Assembly (NCBI GenBank): GCA_947493265.1
Contig: CANLQL010000003.1
Location: forward strand, 500,485-564,484
Origin: an uncultured Litoreibacter sp.
Lineage (GTDB): Bacteria; Pseudomonadota; Alphaproteobacteria; Rhodobacterales; Rhodobacteraceae
Direction: 5' to 3'
Length of the DNA: 64,000 nt
Shown here: one piece after another, positions 28,294-38,800 of the stretch
Numbering within the stretch: position 1 is the stretch's first letter
How the letters are laid out: every line of letters starts with the position of its first letter
Made by a program: the position numbers and the translations under genes
Notes under the pieces: generated by a model
What the model was told of the DNA's origin: nothing
The model's database searches: none
Seen by the model: the letters and a program-made list of their open reading frames with translations, nothing else

Positions 28294-28307
28294 TGTTAGC
28301 GCCAACA
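28294..28307. promoter_or_regulatory. LacI-type palindromic operator candidate upstream of fba
   Basis: TGTTAGCGCCAACA sits within the 18-bp near-palindrome CATGTTAGCGCCAACATG, 66 bp upstream of the ATG at 28373. Confidence 0.5.
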
Positions 28308-28372
28308 TGATTGCAAGGAAGTTCCGCGCGCAGTAGTCCCTGAAGCAGTTGTTTTAACCAAAGGTGATCTTC

Positions 28373-29302
28373 ATGCGCGCGACCAGAGTTGTTCAAAAAA
28401 TCCTGTCGAATTACGAGGGCGAAACGCCCGGTGTGAAAGCCAATCTTTGCCGGATGTTGATGAATGGCAAGTTGGGCGGCACCGGCAAGATGATCATCCT
28501 GCCAGTCGATCAGGGGTTTGAGCACGGACCGGCACGTAGCTTTGCGCCGAACCCTGCTGGCTATGACCCGCATTATCACTACCAATTGGCGATTGATGCT
28601 GGCCTGACCGCCTACGCGGCGCCGCTTGGCCCACTGGAAGCTGGTGCCGACACCTATGCAGGTCAGATCCCGACAATCTTGAAAGTGAACTCCGCCAATT
28701 CCTTAATGTCCTCGACCTCTGGCAAGAACCAAGCCGTGACCGGCAGCGTTGACGACGCGCTGCGGTTGGGATGTTCGGCCATAGGCTTCACGGTTTATCC
28801 CGGCTCCGACATGGCGCTGGATATGTTTGAAGAGATAGTGGAGATGCGCAAGGAAGCAGCCGCCAAAGGTGTTGCGACCGTCATTTGGTCCTACCCACGC
28901 GGCGAAGCGATCACCAAAGAAGGCGAAACGGCGGTTGATGTGGCGGCCTATGCGGCCCATATCGCGGCGCTTCTGGGGGCGCACATCATCAAGGTGAAAC
29001 TGTCCACGGACCACCTGATGCTGCCGGAAGCCAAAAAGGTTTACGAGGACGAAAAGATCGACATCTCGACCCAGGCAGCGCGTGTTGCAGATTGCGTCAA
29101 GTCGTCGTTCAACGGTCGTCGTCTGATTGTCTTCTCGGGCGGTGCCAAGAAAGGTGCCGACGGCGTGTATGACGATGCACGCGCGATCCGTGACGGTGGC
29201 GGCAACGGCTCCATCATTGGGCGGAATTCCTTCCAGCGCGAACGTGGTGATGCGCTGGCTATGCTGGGCAAGCTGGTTAACATCTACAAGGGCAAGGAAT
29301 AG
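28373..29302 (+). CDS. fba: Class I fructose-bisphosphate aldolase (FbaB/DhnA type)
   Basis: ILPVDQGFEHGP and full-length similarity to bacterial class I (FbaB-type) aldolases. The ATG at 28373 is preferred over the GTG at 28364. Confidence 0.9.
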   Translation: MRATRVVQKILSNYEGETPGVKANLCRMLMNGKLGGTGKMIILPVDQGFEHGPARSFAPNPAGYDPHYHYQLAIDAGLTAYAAPLGPLEAGADTYAGQIPTILKVNSANSLMSSTSGKNQAVTGSVDDALRLGCSAIGFTVYPGSDMALDMFEEIVEMRKEAAAKGVATVIWSYPRGEAITKEGETAVDVAAYAAHIAALLGAHIIKVKLSTDHLMLPEAKKVYEDEKIDISTQAARVADCVKSSFNGRRLIVFSGGAKKGADGVYDDARAIRDGGGNGSIIGRNSFQRERGDALAMLGKLVNIYKGKE

Positions 29303-29445
29303 GCCGTCTCGGCCCCTTTTCCGGCCTAATTCGGCAAAAAAGTGAGCATTTCCCCTAAGTTGGCAATTTAGGGGATTCACAAAGCGAATCACATGTGAGA
29401 TTGTCCTCGAAAGCCATCCGCAACGAGATGGCACCGAGGCAACGC

Positions 29446-29748
29446 ATGACCGACAACCGCACACCAAAGGGACTGACCCCGCTGCTGATTTGCACGGTAA
29501 TGTTTTGCATGGGTGCGTATTTCACCTTCGCAGCTGTGCAAGGTGACTACGGTATTTTCAAGCGTGTCCAGATCGAAAGCGAAATCGACGTACTGTCAGC
29601 CGAGCTGGCCGAACTCGAATCTGAGGTCGCCAATATGCGCAACAAGACCCGCCGCCTTTCAGACGATTATCTGGACCTCGATCTGCTGGATGTTCAAGCC
29701 CGCGAAGTTTTGGGCATGATGCGCATGGACGAAGTCATAATCCAATAA
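29446..29748 (+). CDS. ftsB: Septum formation initiator family protein (FtsB/DivIC-like)
   Basis: Single N-terminal TM helix followed by a coiled coil (IESEIDVLSAELAELESEVANMRNKTRRL). The position upstream of pdhA is typical. The ATG at 29446, with GAGG upstream, was chosen over the GTG at 29395. Confidence 0.7.
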   Translation: MTDNRTPKGLTPLLICTVMFCMGAYFTFAAVQGDYGIFKRVQIESEIDVLSAELAELESEVANMRNKTRRLSDDYLDLDLLDVQAREVLGMMRMDEVIIQ

Positions 29749-29881
29749 AATCAAACGATAATTTCATGTGGCTGCGGTGTTGCGGCGCATTTGAAATTTC
29801 TTTCGTGAATTTCCCTGACGGCTCTGCTATAAACTCGTTTAACATTAAACTATTTTAGTTTTCTTGCGAGAGGAGCTTGCC

Positions 29882-30877
29882 GTGGCCGCGAAAAAACCTG
29901 CAGCGAAACCCAATGTGTCCAAAGAGGACCTGCTGAAATACTACAAAGATATGCTGATGATCCGGCGCTTTGAAGAAAAGGCAGGCCAGCTTTACGGGAT
30001 GGGTCTTATTGGTGGTTTTTGTCACCTTTATATCGGTCAGGAAGCCGTTGTTGTTGGGTTGGAAGCCGCGGCAGAAGAAGGCGACAAGCGGATCACATCG
30101 TATCGTGACCACGGACATATGTTGGCCTGCGGCATGGACCCGGATGGCGTCATGGCAGAATTGACCGGGCGTGAAGGCGGTTATTCCAAGGGCAAGGGTG
30201 GCTCCATGCATATGTTCTCCAAGGAGAAGCATTTCTATGGGGGCCACGGCATCGTTGCCGCGCAGGTCCCGATTGGGGCGGGCTTGGCCTTTGCTGATAA
30301 ATACAAAGAAAATGGCCGGGTGACATTTACCTATTTCGGCGATGGCGCGGCCAACCAGGGTCAGGTTTACGAGGCTTATAACATGGCCGAGCTGTGGAAC
30401 CTGCCGGTGGTTTTCGTGATTGAAAACAACCAATACGCGATGGGCACGTCGACGAAACGCTCCACCCACTCCCCCTCTTATTGGGAACGCGGGGCCGCTT
30501 ACGGCATCAAAGGTGAAGAAGTGGACGGGATGGACGTTCTGGCTGTCAAAGCTGCGGGCGAGAAAGCCGTTGCAGCCTGCCGCGCCGGCAAAGGTCCCTA
30601 CATTTTGGAGATCAAGACCTACCGGTACCGGGGGCATTCGATGTCAGACCCGGCAAAGTACCGGACCCGCGAGGAGGTTCAGAAAATCCGCGAAGAACGT
30701 GACGCGATCGAACATGTCCGCGACCTGCTTCTGACCGGCAAGCATGCCACGGATGACGACCTCAAAGCGATCGACAAGGAAATCAAAGCGGTGGTCAACA
30801 AAGCCGCTGAGTTCGCAAAAGAAAGCCCCGAGCCCGCGCTTGAAGAGCTTTACACCGACATTTACGCAGACGCTTGA
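29882..30877 (+). CDS. pdhA: Pyruvate dehydrogenase E1 component, alpha subunit
   Basis: The TPP motif GDGAANQG...NN is present, with full-length PdhA similarity. The GTG at 29882, after GAGAGGAG, is preferred over the TTG at 29864. Confidence 0.95.
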   Translation: MAAKKPAAKPNVSKEDLLKYYKDMLMIRRFEEKAGQLYGMGLIGGFCHLYIGQEAVVVGLEAAAEEGDKRITSYRDHGHMLACGMDPDGVMAELTGREGGYSKGKGGSMHMFSKEKHFYGGHGIVAAQVPIGAGLAFADKYKENGRVTFTYFGDGAANQGQVYEAYNMAELWNLPVVFVIENNQYAMGTSTKRSTHSPSYWERGAAYGIKGEEVDGMDVLAVKAAGEKAVAACRAGKGPYILEIKTYRYRGHSMSDPAKYRTREEVQKIREERDAIEHVRDLLLTGKHATDDDLKAIDKEIKAVVNKAAEFAKESPEPALEELYTDIYADA

Positions 30878-30892
30878 GGGGGGACATTAACC

Positions 30893-31150
30893 ATGGCTAC
30901 TGAAATTCTTATGCCCGCACTGTCGCCCACGATGGAAGAAGGCACACTCGCAAAATGGCTGGTCAAAGAAGGCGATACGGTCGCCTCCGGGGATATTCTG
31001 GCTGAAATTGAAACCGACAAAGCGACGATGGAATTTGAAGCCGTCGACGAAGGCACGATCGGCAAGATCCTGATCGCCGAAGGAACCGAAGGCGTTAAGG
31101 TTAACACTGCGATTGCCGTGCTTGTCGAAGACGGCGAATCCGCAGATGAC
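30893..31150 (+). repeat. Lipoyl-domain coding module, copy 1 (dispersed repeat with 32270-32527)
   Basis: About 86 codons are nearly identical at protein level to the start of pdhC (…[78 protein letters not shown]). The DNA is also clearly similar. Confidence 0.8.
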
Positions 31151-32257
31151 ATTGCCACCCCTGCCCCCGAAGCGGCAGCGCAACCCGCCATTGAGACACC
31201 TGTTCCGGCGGCAGCCAAAGCTGAGCCTATTGCGGTTGTTGTCCCGGAAGAAGCAGATATCCCCGAAGGCACGGAAATGAAGTCCACCACAGTCCGTGAA
31301 GCACTTCGCGACGCGATGGCCGAAGAAATGCGCCGTACTCCGGAAGTGTTCTTGATGGGTGAAGAGGTTGCCGAATATCAAGGTGCCTACAAGATTTCCC
31401 AAGGCTTGCTGGAAGAATTTGGTGCGAAACGTGTGATCGACACACCCATTACGGAGCACGGGTTCGCAGGGATCGGTGTCGGCGCTGCCTTTGGCGGTCT
31501 GAACCCGATTGTGGAGTTCATGACGTTTAACTTCGCCATGCAAGCCATTGATCACATTATCAACTCTGCGGCCAAGACGCTTTATATGTCTGGTGGTCAA
31601 ATGGGCTGCCCGATTGTTTTCCGCGGACCGAATGGTGCTGCTGCCCGCGTTGGTGCCCAGCACTCACAAGATTACGCAGCGTGGTACAGCCAAATTCCCG
31701 GCCTGAAGGTTGTGATGCCCTATTCAGCTGCGGATGCGAAAGGATTGCTGAAAACCGCGATCCGCGACCCAAACCCGATCATCTTCCTGGAGAACGAAAT
31801 TCTCTACGGCCAGTCCTTCGATGTCCCACAGCTGGACGACTATACTGTGCCGTTTGGCAAAGCGAAGATCTGGCGCGAAGGCAGCGACGTGACGCTGGTC
31901 AGCTTCGGGATCGGCATGAAATACGCGTTGGAAGCGGCTGACAAGCTGGCGGAAGACGGGATCAGCGCCGAGGTCATCGATTTGCGGACATTGCGCCCAA
32001 TGGATACCGGCGCAATCATCGAAAGTGTTAAGAAAACCAATCGCTGTGTGACGATCGAAGAAGGCTTCCCTGTCTGTTCCATCGGCAACCACATCAGCGC
32101 GGTTTTGATGCAGGAGGCGTTCGACTACCTTGATGCGCCTGTGATCAACTGCACTGGCAAGGATGTCCCGATGCCTTATGCAGCTAACCTTGAAAAACTG
32201 GCCCTGACCACGACCGCCGAGGTCGTCGAAGCCGCCAAAACCGTCACCTACCGTTAA
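30893..32257 (+). CDS. pdhB: Pyruvate dehydrogenase E1 component, beta subunit, with N-terminal lipoyl domain
   Basis: 454 aa. The N-terminal lipoyl domain ([12 protein letters not shown]) and an Ala/Pro linker are followed by the transketolase-like beta subunit. Confidence 0.95.
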   Translation: MATEILMPALSPTMEEGTLAKWLVKEGDTVASGDILAEIETDKATMEFEAVDEGTIGKILIAEGTEGVKVNTAIAVLVEDGESADDIATPAPEAAAQPAIETPVPAAAKAEPIAVVVPEEADIPEGTEMKSTTVREALRDAMAEEMRRTPEVFLMGEEVAEYQGAYKISQGLLEEFGAKRVIDTPITEHGFAGIGVGAAFGGLNPIVEFMTFNFAMQAIDHIINSAAKTLYMSGGQMGCPIVFRGPNGAAARVGAQHSQDYAAWYSQIPGLKVVMPYSAADAKGLLKTAIRDPNPIIFLENEILYGQSFDVPQLDDYTVPFGKAKIWREGSDVTLVSFGIGMKYALEAADKLAEDGISAEVIDLRTLRPMDTGAIIESVKKTNRCVTIEEGFPVCSIGNHISAVLMQEAFDYLDAPVINCTGKDVPMPYAANLEKLALTTTAEVVEAAKTVTYR

Positions 32258-32269
32258 GGAGTTCAGAGC

Positions 32270-32527
32270 ATGCCTACAGAAATCTTAATGCCTGCCCTGT
32301 CCCCAACCATGGAAGAGGGCACACTTGCAAAATGGCTTGTGAAAGAAGGCGACACGGTATCGTCCGGTGACCTTCTGGCGGAGATTGAAACCGACAAAGC
32401 CACAATGGAATTCGAAGCCGTCGATGAAGGCGTGATCGGCAAATTGCTGATCGCGGAAGGCTCGGAAGGTGTGAAGGTCAACACTGCGATTGCCGTTCTT
32501 CTTGAAGATGGCGAAAGCGCGGATGAT
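32270..32527 (+). repeat. Lipoyl-domain coding module, copy 2
   Basis: See copy 1. This is the N-terminus of the E2 protein. Confidence 0.8.
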
Positions 32528-33571
32528 ATCGGCGACAGTTCCGCAATACCGGCAAAAGCTGCCCCTGAAAAAGCACCCGCTGACACCGCTCCGGCGGCGT
32601 CTGCTGATCCTAAGCCTGCCACTCCGGCACCGGCCGCGCCATCGAAGGATGGCGACCGGATCTTTGCCTCCCCGCTGGCGCGCCGGATCGCGGCGGACAA
32701 AGGGTTAGACCTTAGCGCAATCAAAGGATCGGGTCCGAAGGGGCGGATTGTCAAAGCGGACGTAGAAAATGCGACCGCTGCGCCAAAAGCTGCGGCTGAG
32801 ACAAGTGCGCCGGCTGCTGCCGCACCTGCGCCTGCCGCAGGTCCATCGACAGATGCGGTTCTGAAGACCTACGCAGATCGCGAGCATGAGGAAGTGCCGC
32901 TTGATGGAATGCGCAAGACCATTGCGGCCCGCCTGACCGAGGCCAAGCAAACCGTGCCGCATTTCTACCTGCGCCGCGACATTAACCTTGATGCGTTGAT
33001 GAGCTTCCGAGGAACGCTGAACAAATCGCTTGAAGCGCGCGGCGTGAAGCTGTCGGTCAACGATTTCATCATCAAAGCCTGCGCTTTGGCTTTGCAGCAA
33101 GTGCCCGATGCGAATGCCGTTTGGGCCGGTGATCGGACCTTGAAACTGACGCCGTCAGATGTGGCCGTTGCTGTCGCGATTGAAGGCGGGCTGTTCACAC
33201 CGGTGTTGAAAGACGCGGAAATGAAGAGCCTGTCTGCTTTGTCGGCTGAGATGAAAGACCTGGCTTCGCGCGCACGCGATCGCAAGCTTGCCCCGCATGA
33301 ATATCAGGGCGGCAGCTTTGCGATTTCCAATCTGGGGATGTTCGGGATCGACAATTTCGACGCGATCATCAATCCGCCCCACGCGGCTATTCTCGCGGTT
33401 GGCGCAGGTGTCAAAAAACCAATCGTTGGCGCAGATGGCGAGCTGACCTCAGCCATCGTTATGTCCGTGACGCTGAGCGTCGATCACCGTGTCATTGACG
33501 GCGCTTTGGGCGCGCAGCTGTTGCAAGCCATCAAGGATAATCTGGAAAATCCAGTCTCCATGCTGGCCTAA
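32270..33571 (+). CDS. pdhC: Pyruvate dehydrogenase E2, dihydrolipoyllysine-residue acetyltransferase
   Basis: Lipoyl domain, peripheral subunit-binding domain ([28 protein letters not shown]) and catalytic domain with DHRVIDGA. Confidence 0.95.
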   Translation: MPTEILMPALSPTMEEGTLAKWLVKEGDTVSSGDLLAEIETDKATMEFEAVDEGVIGKLLIAEGSEGVKVNTAIAVLLEDGESADDIGDSSAIPAKAAPEKAPADTAPAASADPKPATPAPAAPSKDGDRIFASPLARRIAADKGLDLSAIKGSGPKGRIVKADVENATAAPKAAAETSAPAAAAPAPAAGPSTDAVLKTYADREHEEVPLDGMRKTIAARLTEAKQTVPHFYLRRDINLDALMSFRGTLNKSLEARGVKLSVNDFIIKACALALQQVPDANAVWAGDRTLKLTPSDVAVAVAIEGGLFTPVLKDAEMKSLSALSAEMKDLASRARDRKLAPHEYQGGSFAISNLGMFGIDNFDAIINPPHAAILAVGAGVKKPIVGADGELTSAIVMSVTLSVDHRVIDGALGAQLLQAIKDNLENPVSMLA

Positions 33572-33597
33572 AGCTTTCACTTATCGAACAAAATTAG

Positions 33598-33625
33598 AAA
33601 GGCCGGGCGAATAACCCGGCCTTTT
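33598..33625. terminator. Bidirectional intrinsic terminator between pdhC and cysE
   Basis: AGGCCGGG-(7 nt)-CCCGGCCT, flanked by AAA upstream and TTT downstream. Confidence 0.65.
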
Positions 33626-33645
33626 GCATTCAATTTCGAATATTC

Positions 33646-34455
33646 CTAGATCTTGCCGCTCAGTAGCTGATCCATCGTGATAGACGGCTGCGAACACCCG
33701 GCTTCACCAACGATCTTGGCTGGCACGCCAGCCACAGTTTTCATCGGCGGCACCGCTTCCAGAACCACGGAGCCTGCCGCGATCCGGGAGCAATGGCCAA
33801 CAGTGATGTTGCCCAGCACTTTCGCCCCTGCCCCGATCAGAACGCCGTTTTCGATCTTCGGATGACGGTCGTCATCTTCCTTACCCGTGCCGCCCAATGT
33901 CACTGAGTGCAGCATGGAGACATTGTCACCCACGACTGCTGTTTCCCCGATAACAATGGAATGCGCGTGGTCGATCATGATCCCACGGCCGATCTTTGCA
34001 GCCGGATGGACGTCGATGCCAAACACTTCGCTCACGCGGTTCTGAATGAAATAAGCGAGGTCCTTGCGGCCTTGCGTCCACAACCAATGACCGATGCGAT
34101 ACGCTTGGATCGCCTGAAAGCCTTTGAAGAACAGGATCGGCTGGACGAATGTGTGGCATGCAGGGTCACGCTCAAAAACCGCGACGATATCTGCGCGTGC
34201 CGCGGACCCAAGGTCAGGTGCATTGCGATAGGCCTCATCGCCTATTTCGCGCAAGATCTGCTCAGACATTTCGCCCGATGACAGTTTTTGCGCCATCCTG
34301 TAGGACAGCGCGTTTTCCAAGCTGTCATGGTGCAATACCGAGCTGTGGATCAATCCGCCAAGCAGCGGTTCGGTCACGATCATTGCTTCGGCTTCTTCAG
34401 AAATGCGTTGCCAGACCGGGTCGATCTCCGACAATTTAGGTTTTGTGTGGGACAT
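33646..34455 (-). CDS. cysE: Serine O-acetyltransferase
   Basis: Track ORF 33646..34545 was trimmed to the ATG at 34455 (MSHTKPKLSEIDPVWQR...). Hexapeptide repeats and the motif GIDVHPAAKIGRGIMIDHAHSIVIGETAVVGDNVSMLHSVTLGGTGK are present. Confidence 0.9.
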   Translation of the reverse strand: MSHTKPKLSEIDPVWQRISEEAEAMIVTEPLLGGLIHSSVLHHDSLENALSYRMAQKLSSGEMSEQILREIGDEAYRNAPDLGSAARADIVAVFERDPACHTFVQPILFFKGFQAIQAYRIGHWLWTQGRKDLAYFIQNRVSEVFGIDVHPAAKIGRGIMIDHAHSIVIGETAVVGDNVSMLHSVTLGGTGKEDDDRHPKIENGVLIGAGAKVLGNITVGHCSRIAAGSVVLEAVPPMKTVAGVPAKIVGEAGCSQPSITMDQLLSGKI

Positions 34456-34528
34456 GGCTTCTACCTGCTTGTTCTGCTGCGGCAATACTACAGATAATAG
34501 CAAATAACCAATATGGAAGTCAGAAATT

Positions 34529-34879
34529 GTGAGCAATCCCATCACATCTGCGAAACTCCGCGCGTATCAGAAAGCTCTGATTGCCAAACAACACGCATTG
34601 GAGGCGGACGGCGCGCAAACCAAGTCCGACCGCGACACGGTGGTATTGGACCAACAATCCACGGGCCGTTTGACCCGGATGGATGCGCTGCAAAATCAAG
34701 CGATGGCACAGGCAACAGAGGCCCGCAGACAAGCCGCGTTGGTAAAGATCAGTCAGGCATTGCTGCGGATCGCAGACGGGGAGTTCGGATATTGTGGGGA
34801 ATGCGGCGAGGTAATCGAAGAAAAACGGCTGGACTTCGATCCTGCGATATCAACCTGTTTTACCTGCGCAACGGGTTAG
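34529..34879 (+). CDS. DksA/TraR-family C4-type zinc-finger protein
   Basis: 116 aa with a GTG start. A coiled-coil region is followed by CGECGEVIEEKRLDFDPAISTCFTC (CxxC-N17-CxxC). Confidence 0.85.
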   Translation: MSNPITSAKLRAYQKALIAKQHALEADGAQTKSDRDTVVLDQQSTGRLTRMDALQNQAMAQATEARRQAALVKISQALLRIADGEFGYCGECGEVIEEKRLDFDPAISTCFTCATG

Positions 34880-35156
34880 TCTGCCAGGCCAGTAGTGCCG
34901 ATAGGATTGTGATCAGGGCCTGCAGATAGTCGGGGTCACCCAGATCAGTTTGACCCGAGATGCAGGTTGGCCTTACGCGCGCAAGAAGCGAACCATTTCC
35001 CCATTCTGCGTGGTTTTTACCTAATCTTTTTCGGTACTTATCTGCGAAATGGCAGTCTGTAATCCATTGGGTTGCCTGCCCAGGTTGACTTGCATGTGGC
35101 AGGGTCTTCAAACACCCTGCCGCGCGTAGGACCTCATCAAGGCGCGCTGCACGCAT
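34860..35156 (-). CDS. Hypothetical 98-aa protein translationally coupled to the DUF2793 gene
   Basis: An internal ATG of track ORF 34860..35414 lies at 35156 and shares its A with the DUF2793 stop (TGATG). The sequence is MRAARLDEVLRAAGCLKTL...NHAEWGNGSLLARV...YLQALITILSALLAWQ, with a hydrophobic C-terminus. GC3 is mixed and some codons are rare. It overlaps the convergent DksA/TraR gene by 20 nt. Confidence 0.35.
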   Translation of the reverse strand: MRAARLDEVLRAAGCLKTLPHASQPGQATQWITDCHFADKYRKRLGKNHAEWGNGSLLARVRPTCISGQTDLGDPDYLQALITILSALLAWQTNPLRR

Positions 35157-35866
35157 CACGCGTTTGGCAAGTCGAGGTTCAGCAGGTGTACCGCCAAACG
35201 GATCGTGCCACTGGCAAAATCCCCGCCCTCTGCTGTCAAGGTCAACGTGCTTGCCGCGTAGTAGGTTTGCGGCTGGCCGGTTAATCCGCGCACAAACGAC
35301 CCTGCACCCGTCCCAAGTCCCGAACCGTAGCGTGTGGCAGATCCTTCCGCGCCCAGCGACCACGCGCTTAGCGTTCCTGTGACCTCGCTCATGACCACGC
35401 CTGTCACCCCCCAAACGGAGGTATTGGCCGGGATAACAAAACCGGTGTCTTCGCTGGTACCGCCTTGGATGACGTGGTCAATTTCAATAACCTCGGCGCG
35501 CATCGCCGCGCTGTTTGGCGACATGGCCAAAACGCCCGCAGACCACGCCTGTCCATCAAAAGTCAGTCGCGCGCCCGTATCAATCACCCAAATCTGCCAA
35601 CCGGCCTGCGGGGTTAGGAAACTCCATCCTCCATTGCCAAAAAACGCGAGCGCGCCGTCCTGACCGGACCACGCATTCACACCGCCCACAGGGACCAGAT
35701 ACGTGTCGCCGTCGACGTTCAAAACCGGTGGTGTGGTGGTTGTTCCGCTGATCACGCTCAGATGCAACGCGGCATCGATCCGGGCCAAAGCCTCGTTCAC
35801 GGTGACATGTTTCTGCGCTTGTGAAGGTTCCAGAAGCGGCAGGTTCAGATTAGCTGTCTCAGGCAT
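35156..35866 (-). CDS. DUF2793 domain protein (possible GTA tail-fibre-like protein)
   Basis: Track ORF 35156..35926 was trimmed to the ATG at 35866 (MPETANLNLPLLEPSQAQKHVTVNEALARIDA...). The QAQKHVT.NEAL N-terminus is the DUF2793 hallmark. It overlaps the g15 stop by 8 nt. Confidence 0.7.
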   Translation of the reverse strand: MPETANLNLPLLEPSQAQKHVTVNEALARIDAALHLSVISGTTTTPPVLNVDGDTYLVPVGGVNAWSGQDGALAFFGNGGWSFLTPQAGWQIWVIDTGARLTFDGQAWSAGVLAMSPNSAAMRAEVIEIDHVIQGGTSEDTGFVIPANTSVWGVTGVVMSEVTGTLSAWSLGAEGSATRYGSGLGTGAGSFVRGLTGQPQTYYAASTLTLTAEGGDFASGTIRLAVHLLNLDLPNA

Positions 35867-38800
35867 TGATTTCTTTCCTTGCAAAAAGTCCCGGCCCAAA
35901 ACTTTGGGAGAGTTGAGCAATTTCAAGTGTGTAGGTGCCGGTCACACCATCGGCTGCGCGCATCGCGGCAGTGTAGGTCCAGCCAGTGGTCGTGAGGTTT
36001 TCCTGACGTATGACAGTGCCGTTCGAGCTGATACGCAGCAGATACGCTTCATTGTCTTCGCCCAAGGGCACTTCTGTGGAAACCCAGCTATCGCCGTCAA
36101 TGCGCGTTCGCCGGTGCCAGCGGAACAAATCGTCATTACCGTCCTTCAGTTGAGACAGGCCCGCAGGCGCATAAGGGCGCAAACCCACGCCTTTGAATGC
36201 CTCAACATAGTGCTGATAGGACGGGTCACTAACCGGGCGGGCCGCTGGACCGACGCGGTAGTGACGCGCAAGATCACGGGCGGACAGGTCCAGATTTATC
36301 TGTTCCGGTGCCCCGTCAATCAAAACGAATGTACTGCCTTCGGGCCAGGTATCAGGCATAAGGCCATCTGTGCCAGCCTGCCCGCGCAACCGCACTGACA
36401 GATCGAACACACCCGGCGCAATCAGCTGGGCGTCCGTAAACTGAAATACTTCCCAGTTGTCATTTGAGCCATCACCAATTGCCGCGACATTGGCCCCGTT
36501 GAGAACAGCCTCAGGCGTGACCGCGCTGAGCGTTCCACCCAAAAGGGATACTCTCAAGGCCGGGCCACGGTCCCAAAGGCCAGGAGTCGCCGCAGACAAA
36601 ACGGATTGCGTCACCCCAATGACTGACGGGCTTCCGATGATCGTGTTCAGCCCATAGTCGCTGTCTTGCGGGGCCGCATAAACCCCCGCACCACCCGGCC
36701 AAGGCTGCGCAAAGGCCGCCAGGTAAGGCGCATGCGGAACTTCACTGCCAGTTAGCAATGGCAGGTCCATAAACTGCGCACTGACCGGAACAGGCACCGC
36801 GAAAGGGCGCAATTCCGGGATCTCTTCCGTGCTGTCACTGGGCGTGTAGATTTGTTGTTCAATGCGAACCGCCTCGACAATTCGCGCGCCTCGGTCCTCA
36901 ATCCGGTCGACCCGGTACAACAGGCCCTTACCGTTCTGCGACAGGCGCATAACATCACCCGCATAAATGTCGCCCCGTGATGGCGGCAGGGTCACCCTGA
37001 CCGTATCGCGGGCGACACGCGCTTCAGACAACCAACGTTCCGAGATCGCCCGCGCCTCAGACGCGATAAAGGACAATGGCATGTCATTTTGCGATTTGGC
37101 GTTGACCGCATCATCGGGAAACCTTGCATCCGCGACGCGCGGTGCAAATTCGCCATCGGCTTCAATGTAGCCCAGACGCACTTGCCCCACGACTTCTGCT
37201 TCGGGGGCGCGAGATTGCTCCAATACGCCGTCGCTGCCTTCGATCGTGTAGTCCGCATCTGCAACTGTGATCACCGGGGCGGCGTCACGGTTGCGGAATT
37301 TCAGGATGCCGCCCTGCTCTACCGCGTCGAACCCGTAAGACACCATCAAGGGCTGCAATTGTGCACGCGCGGTCTCCAGACCATCGACGGAAAATCCGCG
37401 CACGATGCCATGCAACTGTGAGACGTCATATTGGGTCAGACCTGATGCTTCACAAATAGATGCGACAACGTTTGAAAGTGGTTGCGTACCGGTGCGACCA
37501 GTCAGCCAATGGCCTGCGACGTGGTTGGCCCCATCGCTCCAAACATTTGTATTATTTGGGAAATCCGGCCATGGCCGCGCATCCCATGCCCAGATAAACG
37601 CTTTCGACATATCGACCATCGGACCATTATAGACTTCCGATGTCGGGTTGTTCTCTGGCTCCGCGTAGTAGCTGAAGTAAGCCCGCAGGAATTGCATTTG
37701 CGCGTAGTCATCGCGCCGCCCACTGGAGAAATGCGGCAGACCGCTTTCGGAGGATTTCGGATCAAGGAATTTGTTGGGCTGGTTCGGTCCCTTATCGACG
37801 GCAGCGCACACCAATTCTGTGAACCAGATTGGCTTACAGCGCGGCTCCCACGCTGTTGGGATACTGTTGCGCGTGCCACCTGAGCGTTCGTAATGCGGAA
37901 GAGTCCACCAATTGCGCAGGTCTTTGTTTCGGTAAATCCACGGCTCATTATGCGCACCGTCCTCAATGGGCGTGCGGATCTGCAATTCGCGCTCTTCCGG
38001 GTCGCGATAATACCAGTCATAGCCTTCACCACCGGCAATATTGCCGCGCAGATAGTCCAGATCATACATCGTGTGGAACTCAGCCTTGTCGAGGTGATCG
38101 TCCCCGTCCCGCCAATCCGCTAGGGGCATATAATTGTCGATCCCGATGAAATCGATCTCGTCATCTGACCAAAGCGGATCAAGATGATACAGAACATCCC
38201 CCGAACCATCTGGCGGCTGGTAGCCGAAATATTCCGACCAGTCGGCGGCATAGCCGATCTTGGTATCTGCCCCCAGGATCGTGCGAACCTCGCTGGCCAA
38301 TTGCACGAACGCCTCAACCGCAGGGAAAGCGCCTGTGTCGTCGCGAATTTGCGTCAGGCTGCGCATCTCAGAGCCGATGCAAAAGGATGCCACGCCCCCT
38401 GCAGCCGCGCATAAATTTGCATAGTGCAAAATGAAGCGCCGGTAGCCCCATCCGGGCTGGCCGGAGTAGCTGACGGTTGTTCCGTTGATCGTAAAATCAG
38501 ACGGCTGCGCAGCCCCCATGAACGCATCTACTTCCAAGCGTGCCGCAGCGGTCTGATCTGTTGATCCTGCTTGACCCGGCGCTTTCTGCGTTGAAATTCG
38601 ACCGCGCCAAGGAAGTGCGGGTTGCGAAGGTGCGCCGCTCCATGGATCTGGCAGACTGTTCCCGTCAAGGATTTCCATCAACAAAAACGGGTAGAACATG
38701 ACGTCCTGACCACGTTCGTTAAGTGTTTGAATAGCCTGAATAATTGAAGCATCCGTCGGCGTACCGCCATAGACCGGCCGACCATCAACTTGCGCGACCG

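Noticed and set aside
29352-29398. Hairpin CCCCTAA-N9-TTAGGGG and the perfect 10-bp palindrome TCACATGTGA upstream of ftsB.
   Set aside because: They are real in the sequence, but each is a single occurrence with no second copy in the window and no known regulator to attach. This is too weak to call a regulatory site.
34860-35414. Full-length 184-aa minus-strand ORF overlapping the end of the DUF2793 gene.
   Set aside because: The upstream 86 codons lie entirely inside the DUF2793 coding sequence in another frame and are Arg/Gly-rich. Only the distal 98-aa part, starting at the coupled ATG, was kept as a low-confidence feature.
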